Shown: one piece after another, positions 15,161 to 30,819 of the stretch
Position numbering within the stretch: the first letter of the stretch is position 1
Layout of the letters: the number at the start of each line of letters is the position of its first letter
Source: the human T2T-CHM13v2.0 reference genome, Homo sapiens
DNA: 64,000 nt
Assembly (NCBI RefSeq): GCF_009914755.1
Contig: NC_060928.1
Direction: 5' to 3' (one strand)
Notes under the pieces: model-generated
Database searches by the model: none
What the model was told of the DNA's origin: nothing
Seen by the model: the letters and a program-made list of their open reading frames with translations, nothing else
Made by a program: the position numbers and the translations under genes

Positions 15161-17770
15161 TAAAATTGGTAAAGGATAATTTAAAAATTATATTTATAAA
15201 AAGTTATTTTTGCCATTCTAAGAAATAAGCTAGAATCTCTAAGGAAACTTTGAAAGGTAAGGTAAGCTTGTCTATGCTTATTTAGATGAGGTTGAGTAAA
15301 AGTCTATTCCAGTTTTAATGCAGTGATCTAATTAACCTTTTGCCAGGACTAAAATGACCTTGAATTGGTCTTATGACCTCGAATGCTTAATGTTGTTGAC
15401 TTTAAACAGGCTTTTTGGGATGGTCAGAAATAACATCTGGTGAAATGAGCTAAAGGTCAAAATCATTTACTTTGTAATAAATAACAAATACATTTTGCAC
15501 TAGCTGCTTACAAATAGAAAGAAATGCATAAAATTCATTTGTCAAAGCAAGAAGGTAAGATATTACATAAGGAATATAGAATCAATCAAAAAATTCCAAA
15601 AAGATCCAGCATTGATTTTTAGTCTCACATCACTTATTTTATACCAGGAAGTGATTAAATTATTCATTTTTATAAAGTAAAGAAATACATTTCCAACTAA
15701 CATTAAAATGAAGTAAAGATGAATCTAATTAAACAACACTGATTTATCATCATAAACATTCCTGTCTCAGGCAGAGAAATCACTGAGCTATAGTGAAATG
15801 GAAAAGATAAATGTAGCTTGTGAAAATGTCAGAACTGAGAACTGTATGATTTCTAAAACTCTTTCTTGTTTTACAAATGTTTATGCTTCAAAAACCAAAA
15901 CTCTAATGGCATCTTTCACCTTATCCACAAACTTTAGGGTGAATGACTCAGCCTATTTTATCAACAGAACCATGTTTAGAAGATCGGTTTCAAAAGAGAA
16001 TCCCAACTAAGAATAACATTACATTGTTTTAGCCATAACCAATAAATACAACTTCATCTGATTTTTGTGCCTCTTATTGAAATCTTGGTGAGCTTTTTTC
16101 AGACCATTAGTATAGCAGATTTCTTTCTATTCATATAACTGTAAGTTGACTTTCATTGCTATGTAAGAATTATTACTTCTGATACAGCAGAAGTAGCCAT
16201 CTCTTTTTATTTACAAATTCTGTTCATCAACTTTCACATCCATTTCTGTTTGAAAGGGACAGCAAAAGGAAAGCATGAAAGCATTCAAATATACTGATAA
16301 TATGTGTGCAGTCTGGAGTCTTTATTCAAAATGAAATCAAGTTCAAATGCCTGCCTGCCCAGCATTGTTAAGGAAGATTTATAAGGCACCTCCTTATTGA
16401 AAATATATCCAGCATCTCCCTCTCCCCTGTAATAATTGTTGAGCTATTTAGTCAATATTTGGCTTCTGTGCATAGTTACCCACATTACGCAGAGCCACTT
16501 TATGCCTCCAGTGATCATGTAGGACCACCACTCCTCCTTCTATTCCTCTAAGTTCAAATGTTTACCTCTGTAGCGGGCTCATTCAGTTATCATTTATATC
16601 AGTTATTGGTTAGAAGCTGATCATTCCAATCACTCCAGTACTAATTTTTTATTGTCCCACATCATGGCCCATTCTTCAAGTGGTGTTTCAGAGCCTACAC
16701 CATTTCTTCGGAAAAAAAAAAAAAAATCAAGCTATACATGCCAACAATCTGTAGTGCATTATCATTTGTAATGTCCTAATTATTTTACATAATCAATAAC
16801 ATCAAGTCGCTTTTCTTGGGGACTCTCTGTTTATTTACATTTTATTCCACACACGTCAGCTTCCATCAAGAGCAAAACCGATTTTCTTGTCCTGCATCTG
16901 CTTTCAAGGCAACCTTAATTCTCCATAAATCTATTTGTGTTCACTACATAGTTAGACCCAGTTGGTTATGTTGATATAATCCTAGGGCCAAACACGTCTT
17001 GCTCTACAAAACAAGACTTAAATATAACTTGGAATGCTACCCTGATGATGACCATGGTGACTGGAGGTAGTGTTTCATTTCATTGTTGTTATTTTTGCAG
17101 AGGTCTCTGTTTATGATGTGATGCATTTGGGCCTAAGCACATTAGCTGCATTATTCATTGGGTACATTTGTCAGAACATGCATGTGTATAAAGAACTAAT
17201 GATCCATATTAAATTAATGACGCTATAAAAAAGAAAAATACTCCATACAAGCAGCTATGTCAGAAACTACAGACTTTGATAAACTATAGAAAGGACCTAA
17301 TCAGATGAAGCATTGGACTGTTCTGTCTCCAAAATTACATTTCTAGAAATGTACTTGTACACAATGTTGGTTTTATTAAAACAAATTAATTCAGTCATTA
17401 AGGAATCATAAGGCAAGTGTCTCATAAGTCAGGACCTCCAGTGTAACAAATTGATTAAATGACTGTGTAATAGTCTCTTTAAACAAATCTAGTGTAACAA
17501 GTTAATAGATCTGCTCAATTACCATCCTGGGGTGATGAGGATGTGGGCAACTCTCTCATTAAATCTGGGAGATTGTTCTTAGGAGTTTTTTCCACTTTTC
17601 TCTCTATTTTTCTGTCTAGGCTGTGTTGTGTTTTGGATTTGAGGTTTATTTTCCAGCCTCTGAAAATTGATTGTTCTAATGGCAATCAAAAATAAAAAAC
17701 TGAATTTGATGCTGCTGACTTCTCCAGTGGATTTGTCAGGGGCTGTTGCAAACCAGTTTGCTCGTGCGTG

Positions 17771-17817
17771 CTCTCTTCTCTCTCTCTCTCTCTCTCTCAT
17801 TCTCTCTCTCTCTCTCT
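17771..17817. repeat. (CT)n microsatellite, interrupted
   Basis: Read directly from the sequence. Confidence 0.9.
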
Positions 17818-19149
17818 TCCCCATTCCATCTCAAGCCTAGGCGTCTGCTGAAGGGCTGCAGGGCACCACCCACTGGCCACCACTCTGTCCTCAGTAACTA
17901 AAATAGCAAAATCCCTCTCAGATCAGGCTAGAGTTTTCCCCGGTTTGACAAAATTTGCAGCAATGCATTCTAACCTGGGAAACTTGGGCGTCCCCAAGTG
18001 CCAGTGCCAGGTGAGGGGTGCAGGCAGAGGGCATTTAAGTTTCTTCTGAGTTGGGAGCTAAAATATGTTTTATTTTTAGCTATGGATTGATTTCAATGGG
18101 AAGTTTTTACACAGGCTTCCACATATGAGAGGGAAATTTGCCTACACATCCACGGGCCTTCTCAACCTTCCTGCAGAGGCAGGGAGGGAAGGGTGATCCC
18201 AGAAAGTACTAGAGGTGGGTGGGGCTTCCAGTGAGGCAAGTGTGGGATGAGAGATAGCCAAGATGAGGAAGGAGGTGGGGGAGTGGAGAGGAGAGAGGGA
18301 GGAGCGTTGGGCCATAAACCCTACATCGAAATCTCTTAAGGGATTCTTGCTTTAAGAAAAAGCAGAACACCCTTCTCTGGGGTATGTTGAAATCCTTTTA
18401 TAGAAAGATGGTAGCCGAATGTAGAGGAGCTCAGGAAGCCTCCCCTCTCCTAACTCCAGAGATGCCAGTCCTGGCTGGTTCTGAGTTTGAGACAGCACAG
18501 AGTAACTTCGAGGCTCTACCTTTCCTTGCAGAGTAACTTCCAGGCTCTGCCTTTCCTTAGGTGTTAATGCCCATGACACCCTTTCGCCAAAGGCCTTGGG
18601 AGAAAAATCTATTACCCCACTGCCATTTTGTTAAGTGTTTGCTCCTGCGATGTGACCCTGCCACTTTATCTGTTGGTTTTTATTTTCTGAGTGCATGTTG
18701 CCCATATGTTACTCTAATAGTTGCTATAATTCTTGAGCAATGGGGCTCGTATTTTACGGGGCTGAATTAAAAAGAATGCACTTTAATAAAAACCTGAGCA
18801 ATACACTAATGGCCTGACATTGATGTATTTGCATAGAGATGAATTATACGGGCCTGCTTGACACGACTTTTAATAAATGATTGAGGAGGTTATTATAAGG
18901 ATGCACTTTGGTGTGTGTTAACAGGTTCTTTTAGTGCATCTATAGCCAAAACTGGGAGCAATGCAGTCCCGCGTACAGTCGCAAGATACTTTTTTGTCTT
19001 ATATCTTTTGACATTTATTGGGACCTCTCCGTCCCCATATTACAGTCACAAGCTACATTTTATTAACCGTCGGTAACGTTAACTGTGAATGGAATCGGGA
19101 AATGAAAAGAAAAATGAGCCCCCCTCCATATACCTCCAACCATATTAGA

Positions 19150-22100
<2,951 letters not shown>

Positions 22101-23004
22101 GAGTCTCTGTATGGGATTCTCCTGCGGGGTTGGGAGAGACTTCTTTCGGAGCAGATGAGAACAACACAGACAAAACCGCATTTTTTGACTCCTCATTTAA
22201 TCAAGACGAATTCCGATTTGTCTCATTTTGACCTTTGTCTGTGATTGAAAGGGAACATTAACCCCTACAACTTCTGCATGTTTTCTTTTCAGGGCCTTTT
22301 TAAACCAGAGTTGTCTCTGGGAGCTCCAGCCTTTAGGTCCTTCAGGTCTCTCCTCACCTAAAGGGAAAGTTCTGGGAGGCCCAGGCCCAGCACAGCCTCT
22401 TCAGGCATTCAGAGAGATTCTATAGCTCCTTCCTGTAGGTGGGACCGCAGAGCACATTCCAAACTCTTCCCTTAGGAACCGTGGTCCTAGTCCAGGAAGC
22501 CTTTCTCCTCCACATAAGGACCTTCCCCCACCCCCTCCCCCAGGAAAAGCCAAGTTCCTTCATTCTCTGCTCTTATACCGACCCTGCTCTTCACAGAGAG
22601 TCTGGTTTGTGCCCGCGATGAGCGAGAAACGCAGGGTATGGGAAACAGTGAGTTTTCTGTCCAGCCGAATAGGAGCAGATAAAATAAGACAGCCCGGAGT
22701 TCAGCTGTGTGACTGAGCCGGGAGGACCACCACACGATTCCCCATTCCTATCCAATTCCCAGTCATGGGGTAGAGGACACCAGATTCTGAGAGGCAAAGG
22801 ACTACACCTAAGGCTTTTTCTAGCCTCTCCTAGACAGCAGAGTGTCTGTTGCTGTAAGTCAGCATTGTAGAAAAAGCACCGAAGAAAAGGAATTGAACGA
22901 TGAGACCATTAAGGTAGAACACATACCCTTTTTAGGGCAGAAGGGCTCCCAAACACCCTGTTCTAGCAATTTGTCAAACTATTACATAATAATCAGATGT
23001 ACAA

Positions 23005-23150
23005 GGGTGCGGTGGCTCACGCCTGTCATCCCAGCACTTTGGGAGGCCGAGGCATGCGGATCACCTAAGGTCGGGAGTTCGAGACCAGCCTGACCAACAT
23101 GGAGAAACCCCATCTCTACTAAAAATACAAAATTAGCCAGGCGTGGTGTG
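23005..23150 (+). mobile_element. 3'-truncated Alu (left arm plus start of right arm)
   Basis: Similarity stops at gcgtggtgtgtacctg; no tail. Confidence 0.9.
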
Positions 23151-23372
23151 TACCTGAGCATGCACAGTGTCCCCAGGATACAACAGGAAACAAGCTGTGT
23201 ATGACCTTATGTCCTCAAAGTCTGACTATTCCAGGTTTAAAAGTTTTCTAAGAGGTAGTACTGCTACAGCTCTGTCCAAATTGTCACCCACTTTGGCCTA
23301 TCAAGTCTCTTTGAGGCTCTTTCTTCTCCTGGGCAAAACGACACAGCACTATACTACAGAAGATAGAGAGCT

Positions 23373-23384
23373 AGATAGATAGAT

Positions 23385-23442
<58 letters not shown>

Positions 23443-23447
23443 TAGAT
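23373..23447. repeat. Compound tetranucleotide STR (AGAT)3 GAT (AGAT)10 (AGAC)3 (AGAT)2
   Basis: Read directly from the sequence. Confidence 0.95.
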
Positions 23448-24749
23448 ACTGTTCACTTGGAAACCATCATGGCCCTTGCAGGTAGAGCATGGGTCCCTGG
23501 CTGACACAGTCACCTTAAGTGTGCTGTCAGCAAGGGCTCTTGGAGTCATCCATTTGTCCCTTACTTTCTATCTAATGGAAGTTAATGACAATGTGCTGAT
23601 TTCATATTTGCCTTTGCAGTCCCTTTTCTCTTTGAATTGTGTTTATCAAGACCTAGACCAGCAGTGGGATTGCTTTTTATATCAGAGGTACTGAAGCCCA
23701 AGTTTTCAACTGTATTTGCTGTTTGTACTGTTTCCCTGGTACCCTGGCTTCACTCTGCTTCAGTAGTGTTCTGAGAGGTGTGCAAAAGTGGAGTAGATGG
23801 TCAAAGAGGAAGAACCTTCTGCCCATCAACTTCAGTTGGCAAGTAAGGCCCAAACTCACACTGGAAAAAGCAAGGTCTATGGGAGTTTTCCCTCTTAATC
23901 AAGAGCTGGTTCCGTGACTCCTAGTGGTCTTGCTCTATTCTTTTGAGGGCTTGCTGCCTCCCTCCCTTTCTTATGCCCCAGGAAATCAACAGCAGCTTCA
24001 GCACCTCTCACCCACTCCCCCATCTCCTGCCTTCTTGCAACCTTGTCTCTCTCAAAAGAGAGTCATATCCCTAGTTTTCAAAGGAAAGGTAAAAGGGGCA
24101 AATTCCAAATGCTCAGTCCTAACTTGAAACTCAGTGAAAAGTGAAAAGAGACTTTTTATGTCTCTTTTCTTTCCCTGAGGTTTTTGTTTGTTTGTATCTG
24201 TGTTTTTTATTTGTTTGTTGTTTGTTTGTTTTTACATTTCCCATCATCCAAGCAGGCAGAGTAATGTTGGAAGTGTGTCTCTGGCCGCATCTTGTGGGGA
24301 GAAGATAAGTAGTACTGGCTTGTGAACCAGATCCAGGTTCTGTCCATGTCTGAGATTTCTTCATGGGAAGCACCAGTTGTGATATATTTAGCCAAACTAC
24401 ACAGCCATATTACAAGATATAATCATCACCTCTTATATTTGTATGTCACTTTATAAAGACTTTTTGCTTTTGGGTTTCACAACAACTTTGTGAAAGTTTG
24501 ATTGACGTAGTTGTATAGAGGAAGAAATGTCTGGGATCAAGTTACTGCAAAAAATAGAAACCAGTGCTAGGGCTCAAGTTTTCTCTCCCTAATGAAGTTA
24601 ACGGTAGTGCTTCCTCTCATACCACATAGTGTCAGTCTGGTGGCATTTTCAAATGACTTTAAGTAATTATGAAAGATGCCTTCTTCAAGAATCTTTACTT
24701 TCAATTGACTACTCTTTATCCAGAGAACAAAGATAGGTCTATTATATAG

Positions 24750-25120
24750 GGTACTGCTTATCTGTGCTATGTAACAAATTATCCCAAAATTTAATGGCTT
24801 AAAACAATAAACATGATCTGACACAGTTTCTGTGGGTCAGGAATCCCGGAGGGTTCAGCTGGGTGATTCTGCCTCAGGGCCTCGCATAAGCCTGCAGATG
24901 CCTCAGTTCCTCACCACATGGACCTCTATATAGGGGCAACACTGCAGCTGGCTTCCTCCACATCAAGTGATCCAAGAGAAAGAACAAGGAGAGTAACCTA
25001 CACTGTATTCACTAGAAGGAAGACACTGAATTTAACCCATACCCAAGAACACAGGAATTAGGATCCATCTTTTAAAGGAAGAAATAAAATAATTTTTTAA
25101 AATATTCAAAAACCACTTCA
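24750..25120. mobile_element. MLT1-type LTR
   Basis: tgctatgtaacaaattatcccaaaatttaatggcttaaaacaa...cacagtttctgtgggtcaggaatc. Confidence 0.7.
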
Positions 25121-25270
25121 GGTAGTCAGGCTTTAAGGTTTACATAGAAGAAATCCTCCTTTGCTGTCTTAACTTCTCTTTCCACTTTCACTTTGCATAA
25201 TCTTTCCCTGGTTGCACAAGACAGTAGGGCTAGAGCTAAAGGCAACCTGAGACAGGGCCTTTCTTGATGG

Positions 25271-25280
25271 TGCTACTGCT

Positions 25281-25311
<31 letters not shown>

Positions 25312-25332
25312 ATGGTGATGACAACAATGATG
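25271..25332. repeat. Compound (CTG)n(ATG)n trinucleotide repeat adjoining a MIR fragment (about 25335-25445)
   Basis: Read directly; followed by gcttactatgtgccaggtactgt. Confidence 0.85.
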
Positions 25333-27000
25333 GCTACAACTTTCATAGCTTACTATGTGCCAGGTACTGTTCATATGTATTAATTCATTTCATTCTCCCA
25401 ATAATTCTATGAAGTAGGTGCAATTATCATCCCTAATCTACCTGTGGAGCCCTGCTCTCAATCACTATATGATCTCTTGATCATTGTGATCTTGTGGCAA
25501 GAATGAAAGATTCCTTATACCCTCTCATTCACTTGAGACCATTTGGTTTTGAGAATAAAAACTGGCAAATCCTTACAGACCAAGTAAAGAGTACAGAGAA
25601 GGAAGAAAAATCTAGGGTCAAAAAAAAGTTTCCAAAATTCTTTTCAAGAGCTGAACCATAGCATAAAATGCAAGGACCAAGGCTGGCAAATGATAAATAG
25701 AGAAATTACTATAAACCATGGACTCCTGTATGGAGCTCAGATTAAAGGCATGAAAATTGGTTGAATGCCTTTGTTTGAAGATGATTAGACCATGTGGTAA
25801 TAACTAAGTCAATGGATTTTCAGCAATCTTAACTTTCTGTGGTCTATCCAAATAGATTTGTCCCAAACAATTTATTGATGATGGACAGTGTTTTCATAAT
25901 TAATTCACCCAACGTCCCAAAAATAAAATTATATGTTACAAAGGTAAAAGGAATTTATATACTAGCTTCTTTCCTGAATTTGATATATCTGTCCCTTATA
26001 ATAAGTAAATACATAGGATAATTATGCCTCATAATTTATTTTGGCTTTCCCGAGGTAGACATAGGGAAAATGTTATACTAGAAGGGTGGTAAGGTCCCTC
26101 TGAAAAAATAACATGCACTTATTTAAATTACATAGTAAAAACTCTTTCCTGACAATGGGGAAGCAATCCATTTTCGAACATATCTTCAACCAAACTAGCC
26201 CTTATTCAAAGTATACTAAAATAGAAACTTTGAATGAAGCTTCTACTTCAGAATTCTGGCCACCCACCAGTAGATATCAAACACCATGCAGACATTATGC
26301 TCTACTCTTTAAAGTCTTCAAGTGTGTTAGTCAATAGAAGTGGCTGCTTTGGAGCATGAGAACAAATGATGCACATCTAAACATTTCATCTTTGGGTGAC
26401 CAATGTTGGATCAAAGAGGAAGACTAGAGAGTGAATCCCCCAGGGTCTCAGGTAAACTTTCAGTTTGTGGAACAACTCTAAGCCAATCTCTGGAACACTG
26501 AAGTCTCAATTTCAGGAAAATACCCTATTCCTTAGTCATCCTGCTCAAACCATCATTACTCCCAGTCAAACTTTCCATTTAATAGGCTGGGAGAGAGGGT
26601 TATAGTGCTGTGTTTTCTATAGATATTAAAAGGGGCTACATTAGGGAGAATATGTTTCTCCCTAAAACTCACAGTCTAAATGCTATGGAAGAAAAAAGTG
26701 CACACTTTCCTGTCAAAAAAAAAGGAATAAAATAATTGTCCTGAATAACTGGCAAAAAAAAAAAAAAAGTCACAAGAGGAGGAAAGAGCACTTTTTGCTT
26801 GTTATCTGTGTGTATGGTAAGAAGGAAGAAATTTAGTGCAGAGAAATTTGTTCGAATTAACATAAAATAGAGTTTACAGAAGAAATCTACCACTTACCTT
26901 TGTTGTTACTGCAAGATCCTATTGTCAGTGATTAACAAAGGAGCCACTGTGTCTTTAAACTATTCAGTGCTAGGAGTTCCCTAGTGGAATTTCACCTCTC

Positions 27001-27004
<4 letters not shown>

Positions 27005-27054
<50 letters not shown>
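27005..27054. repeat. (GT)25 microsatellite
   Basis: Read directly from the sequence. Confidence 0.97.
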
Positions 27055-27055
<1 letters not shown>

Positions 27056-27635
27056 TGTCCCTGCTGATCATCAACTTAAAGGAAAGGGCAGTGTGGATCT
27101 CCCCAAGTTGATGCTGGTATAATAACATACTCATCTATTAATACACAATATTAGGCTCCAAAGGGTTGCAAATGCACCCCGGTCTCTTTTCCAAGAAAAG
27201 CTGGCCTGCAGTCCAAACTCCCTACCCACTGAGCAATGAGGAAATTTCTAGAAGAGAATCAGTGATTTTCAGTTCCCCCTCTTCCCACTGTCTCTGAAAC
27301 AGGGAAAGGAATAGTGTATTAAACTGCTCACAAGCTTGGAAAGCCGCTCAACACACCACAGCTTCTGGGAAGAAAGGCATGGAGCTTTAAGTTACAGAAT
27401 CCTGAATGTGAACCAAAGAGAAAATTACTCACCAAGTGGAAGAATTGAGCCTGGACTTTGGGGCCCAGAAAGAGAACTGAGTAGATGCAGCGAATGCTGC
27501 TGGGACATCTAAGACACAGGTCCAGGGCCCTTCTCTTCTATTCTATATCTCCCATGCAGCCCCATTGCCTTTTCCTTTTTAGGAAAAGAAACACATACCA
27601 ACAAAAATGAAAAAGCAGTTTTACCCTTTCTTTCA

Positions 27636-27636
<1 letters not shown>

Positions 27637-27676
<40 letters not shown>

Positions 27677-27677
27677 C
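27637..27677. repeat. (CA)16 microsatellite with interrupted extension
   Basis: Read directly from the sequence. Confidence 0.95.
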
Positions 27678-28729
27678 TTGTTTTTGTCTGTTTTCCACTG
27701 TTGGCATTCTGATGCCTGTAAGACTTTTTAAATGCAGTGGTCCATCAAGCCACTTGCTGTGACTTTTTTATTTTTAAAGCATGACCCTGTTAGCTGTAAT
27801 TGTTGGTTGGCAGCCTTAATCAGACGCTTATGGTTGTTAACGCCATAAAATTTTTGAACCGAAATGAAAAATGATTCTTACTCTCCATTACTTAAGCTGT
27901 AGAGTGTCTCCTCAGTTTCCCCACGAGTCAACCCTTGTGAAAATCTGTTCTTGTTGCACATAAATGGAAATAAACCAAACCAACCAAGAACAAGGGAATT
28001 AGGGGTAAGATGTCCCCCTTCTCTCTCATTCTCAGTTTTATGGGGCCAGTTGCAACTGGGGGCCAGCTGGAGTGCTGCGTGGAAGTAAATTAACTGGAAA
28101 CCTCAAGCCACTGCTGCAGTCAAGTAGAAAAAGGAGCAAATGCCAGTGCAGCCTGGCCCCAGAGCCCGACTCTGACTGCCACCCACACACCTCAGAGCAC
28201 ATCAGTACTCAGGCTGGCAAGCTCACACACCCATCCTTCCTCTACATATTTGCCTGTGGAGTGGAGTCCAGGCATCAGCTTTCACCCTTCTCAGATGCTC
28301 AGAATGGAAAGGTGAAGAGCACAGAGGAACGCTTCCTAAGGGATTTGCGAGAGGTTTCTTCCTACACCTCTAACTTGGAATAAATGCTATCAACCTGTTT
28401 ACTTTTTGAGAAAAAGCTTCAATCTTAGTTCCAAGTTTTCTGTGACTAGTACTACTATATTACTACTACTGCCACTATTACTGCTATTATTATATTCTGG
28501 GAATAACATTCTAATTATATTGTGATTTTTTGTGTTTTTTTAGGAAGAATAAATAAATAAAAAGTTGCTTGGCTTTTCAAGGCAGAGGAGGTGTGAGTAA
28601 AGGCTAAAAGAAATAAAGTAGAAAAAATGTTCTCATTTTCAAAAATTAAATGATAAAGTACAGTTGCAGGACAATAGGTGATGTGTCCTCCCTACCCACC
28701 CACCTCTGTCCTTTTATAAAAAGGGAAAG

Positions 28730-28890
28730 AAATATAGAGGGAGAGAGAAAGGAAAAAAGGAAGAGGAAGGAAGGAAGTCAGGAAGGCAAGAAGGAAGGCA
28801 GGAAGGAAGGAGAGGGGGAAGGGAATGGAAGGAAGGAAGGGGGGAGGAAAGAAAAAAGGAAGGAAAACAAAAGAAGAAAGAAAGGAAGGT
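28730..28890. repeat. GA-rich low-complexity polypurine tract ((GGAA)n-like)
   Basis: Read directly from the sequence. Confidence 0.9.
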
Positions 28891-29996
28891 ATTGTTCACA
28901 GCTAAAATAGAAATCATCCCAGCACAGCAAACCCTCCTTCAAAATAGCTGCTTCTCTGAAGGACACATACCTTAGTCATGCTAAGAAGACGGAAATTCAG
29001 AAGAGTTTGAAACTCCCTGAGAACTTCACAAACTAGAAAAAAAAAAAAAAGAGGACAGATTTTCAGCCTTTCTGTTAAATCATGCCATTAGCATTGCATT
29101 CTACAATAATTTCTCTTTAGGCAATTTCATTTTGTGGAATTTGTGAAAATTTTAGTTTTCAACTATTTTTTACTTTCAAGGGAACAGAACAGATCTATAC
29201 TTTCTTTAGCCTGAAGAATCTACTGAACTCTATTGATTTTTTTCTCTTTGAACACAAGCTCATTAACCCGAAACACTAAGGAGGTAATGATATTTCACTG
29301 AGCCTGAAACCGAGTGTCTAAAAACAAAAAGATCCCAAAACAGTGATACAGCCCTGGCCTTCCCAATTTTTTTTTTCTTCAGATTCGGCAGCTGGAGAAG
29401 CTATGACATTGCTTTCTTAACCCTAAAATATTTTTACACCAGTTAAAGGAAGCTTTCTTTAAATTCATCTTTCAACAGTAATGTTTAGTAAAATCAAGGC
29501 TTCTGTCTTTCCACAATTTCTGCAGTCTTACAGCTACGGGGGAGAAATATTAGCATCAAACAGCAGTGCTACTCAACCAGCGAGCTCCGCTGCCTCCTCT
29601 ACGCTAATCGAATAGGGGCTGACTGAGGAGCTATCTTGGATATATGGAAATGAGCTCTTCCCAACTGCCCCCCAACCCCAGGGACTTCCTGGAAAAGGAA
29701 AAAGCGATCAGGAAGAAATTAGACAACACAGACATCAGAAGCAGCTAGCTAGCTAGACTAGTCTCTCCAAGAATCACCATGAGTGGGGCTGCATTTATTT
29801 TATTTTCCTATCCAGGAGAATGAGAAATGTGACATCACTCATCCAAAGAAAAAAAAATTAAGTAACAGCTATTTCACCCAAGAAACCGATATACCATTTT
29901 TTTTGTGGTCTTGACTTTTATTATTTGAGATCTCTGATGAGATCAGATGATCTGTACCCTTTCATTCAAGGCAACAGACGTCTTCAAACTGTTTTT

Positions 29997-30002
29997 TTTA
30001 AT
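29997..30002 (-). terminator. Candidate distal polyadenylation signal ATTAAA
   Basis: Variant hexamer at the end of an AT-rich UTR-like segment. Confidence 0.45.
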
Positions 30003-30754
30003 TTGATTTATCCTTTGAAACAGAAAGTGCATTACATTTAACTGGTCTTGCAAAGGGGGTTTTCTTCTCTTTACAAACCGAATTCCTTATATAAATTAAT
30101 AAAGGTTAAAGATGCTAATATATCACCATTATTAGCTGTAAAAAGAAAACAATTTACATATTCTATAGTATTCTTATGATACAAAACACTTCAAATTCAA
30201 TTACAGTAACTAAATGAATTTTTATGTTTCAGACCCAGAGCGGTTGTAACAATTCCCACCACCTACTTTAACACGCATTTTTATCAGAAAGGAGTTAAAT
30301 ACAAGCTATTGTAGCCCCTCCCTCCCCAATATTTTCTTTAAATCACTAATAAATAGCAACAAACGACTGTGCAATTTCAGAGAGGAACAGGGAGGCAGGT
30401 GAGAGGCCCTCCCTGGTTCCCACGTCTTCCACTTCAAGTCCGGGGGGCGGGAGCGCAGTGTAGATCCAGGGGGTGGGCAGGGCAGGGCAGGGCGAGAAGA
30501 GATGAAGGGCAAAGGTGAGATTCTGCAAATCCAAACGGGAAAGAGGAACGAGAGGAGGGGACGGAGAAGGTGGGGACATTCTATTCTACGCTTCTCAAAT
30601 TAAGTTCAAAATAAAAGGGAAGGTGTGGCTTGAGTCGCTCTTCAAAGGGGAGGAGGAGAAGGAAGAAAGTCCATCTTTTTATACGAAATTCAAAAAAGCA
30701 TTTTACATTTTAAATATTCACAATAAAGTAACTTCTAGTCAGTGTAACTCACGA

Positions 30755-30760
30755 TTTATT
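30755..30760 (-). terminator. Proximal polyadenylation signal AATAAA
   Basis: Minus strand reads TGTAAATAAATC, with upstream TGTA and T-rich downstream sequence. Confidence 0.6.
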
Positions 30761-30819
30761 TACAAAGAGCCTTCAACAGGTTACTTTAGTTGCACAGCAG
30801 TGTGTGGGGGGGGAAACGT

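Noticed and set aside
26641-26665. 10-bp-stem hairpin TTAGGGAGAA-TATGT-TTCTCCCTAA
   Set aside because: About chance frequency, too short for a pre-miRNA, and no supporting context.
28650-28966. Lys/Glu/Arg-rich ORFs
   Set aside because: Translation of the GA-rich low-complexity tract.
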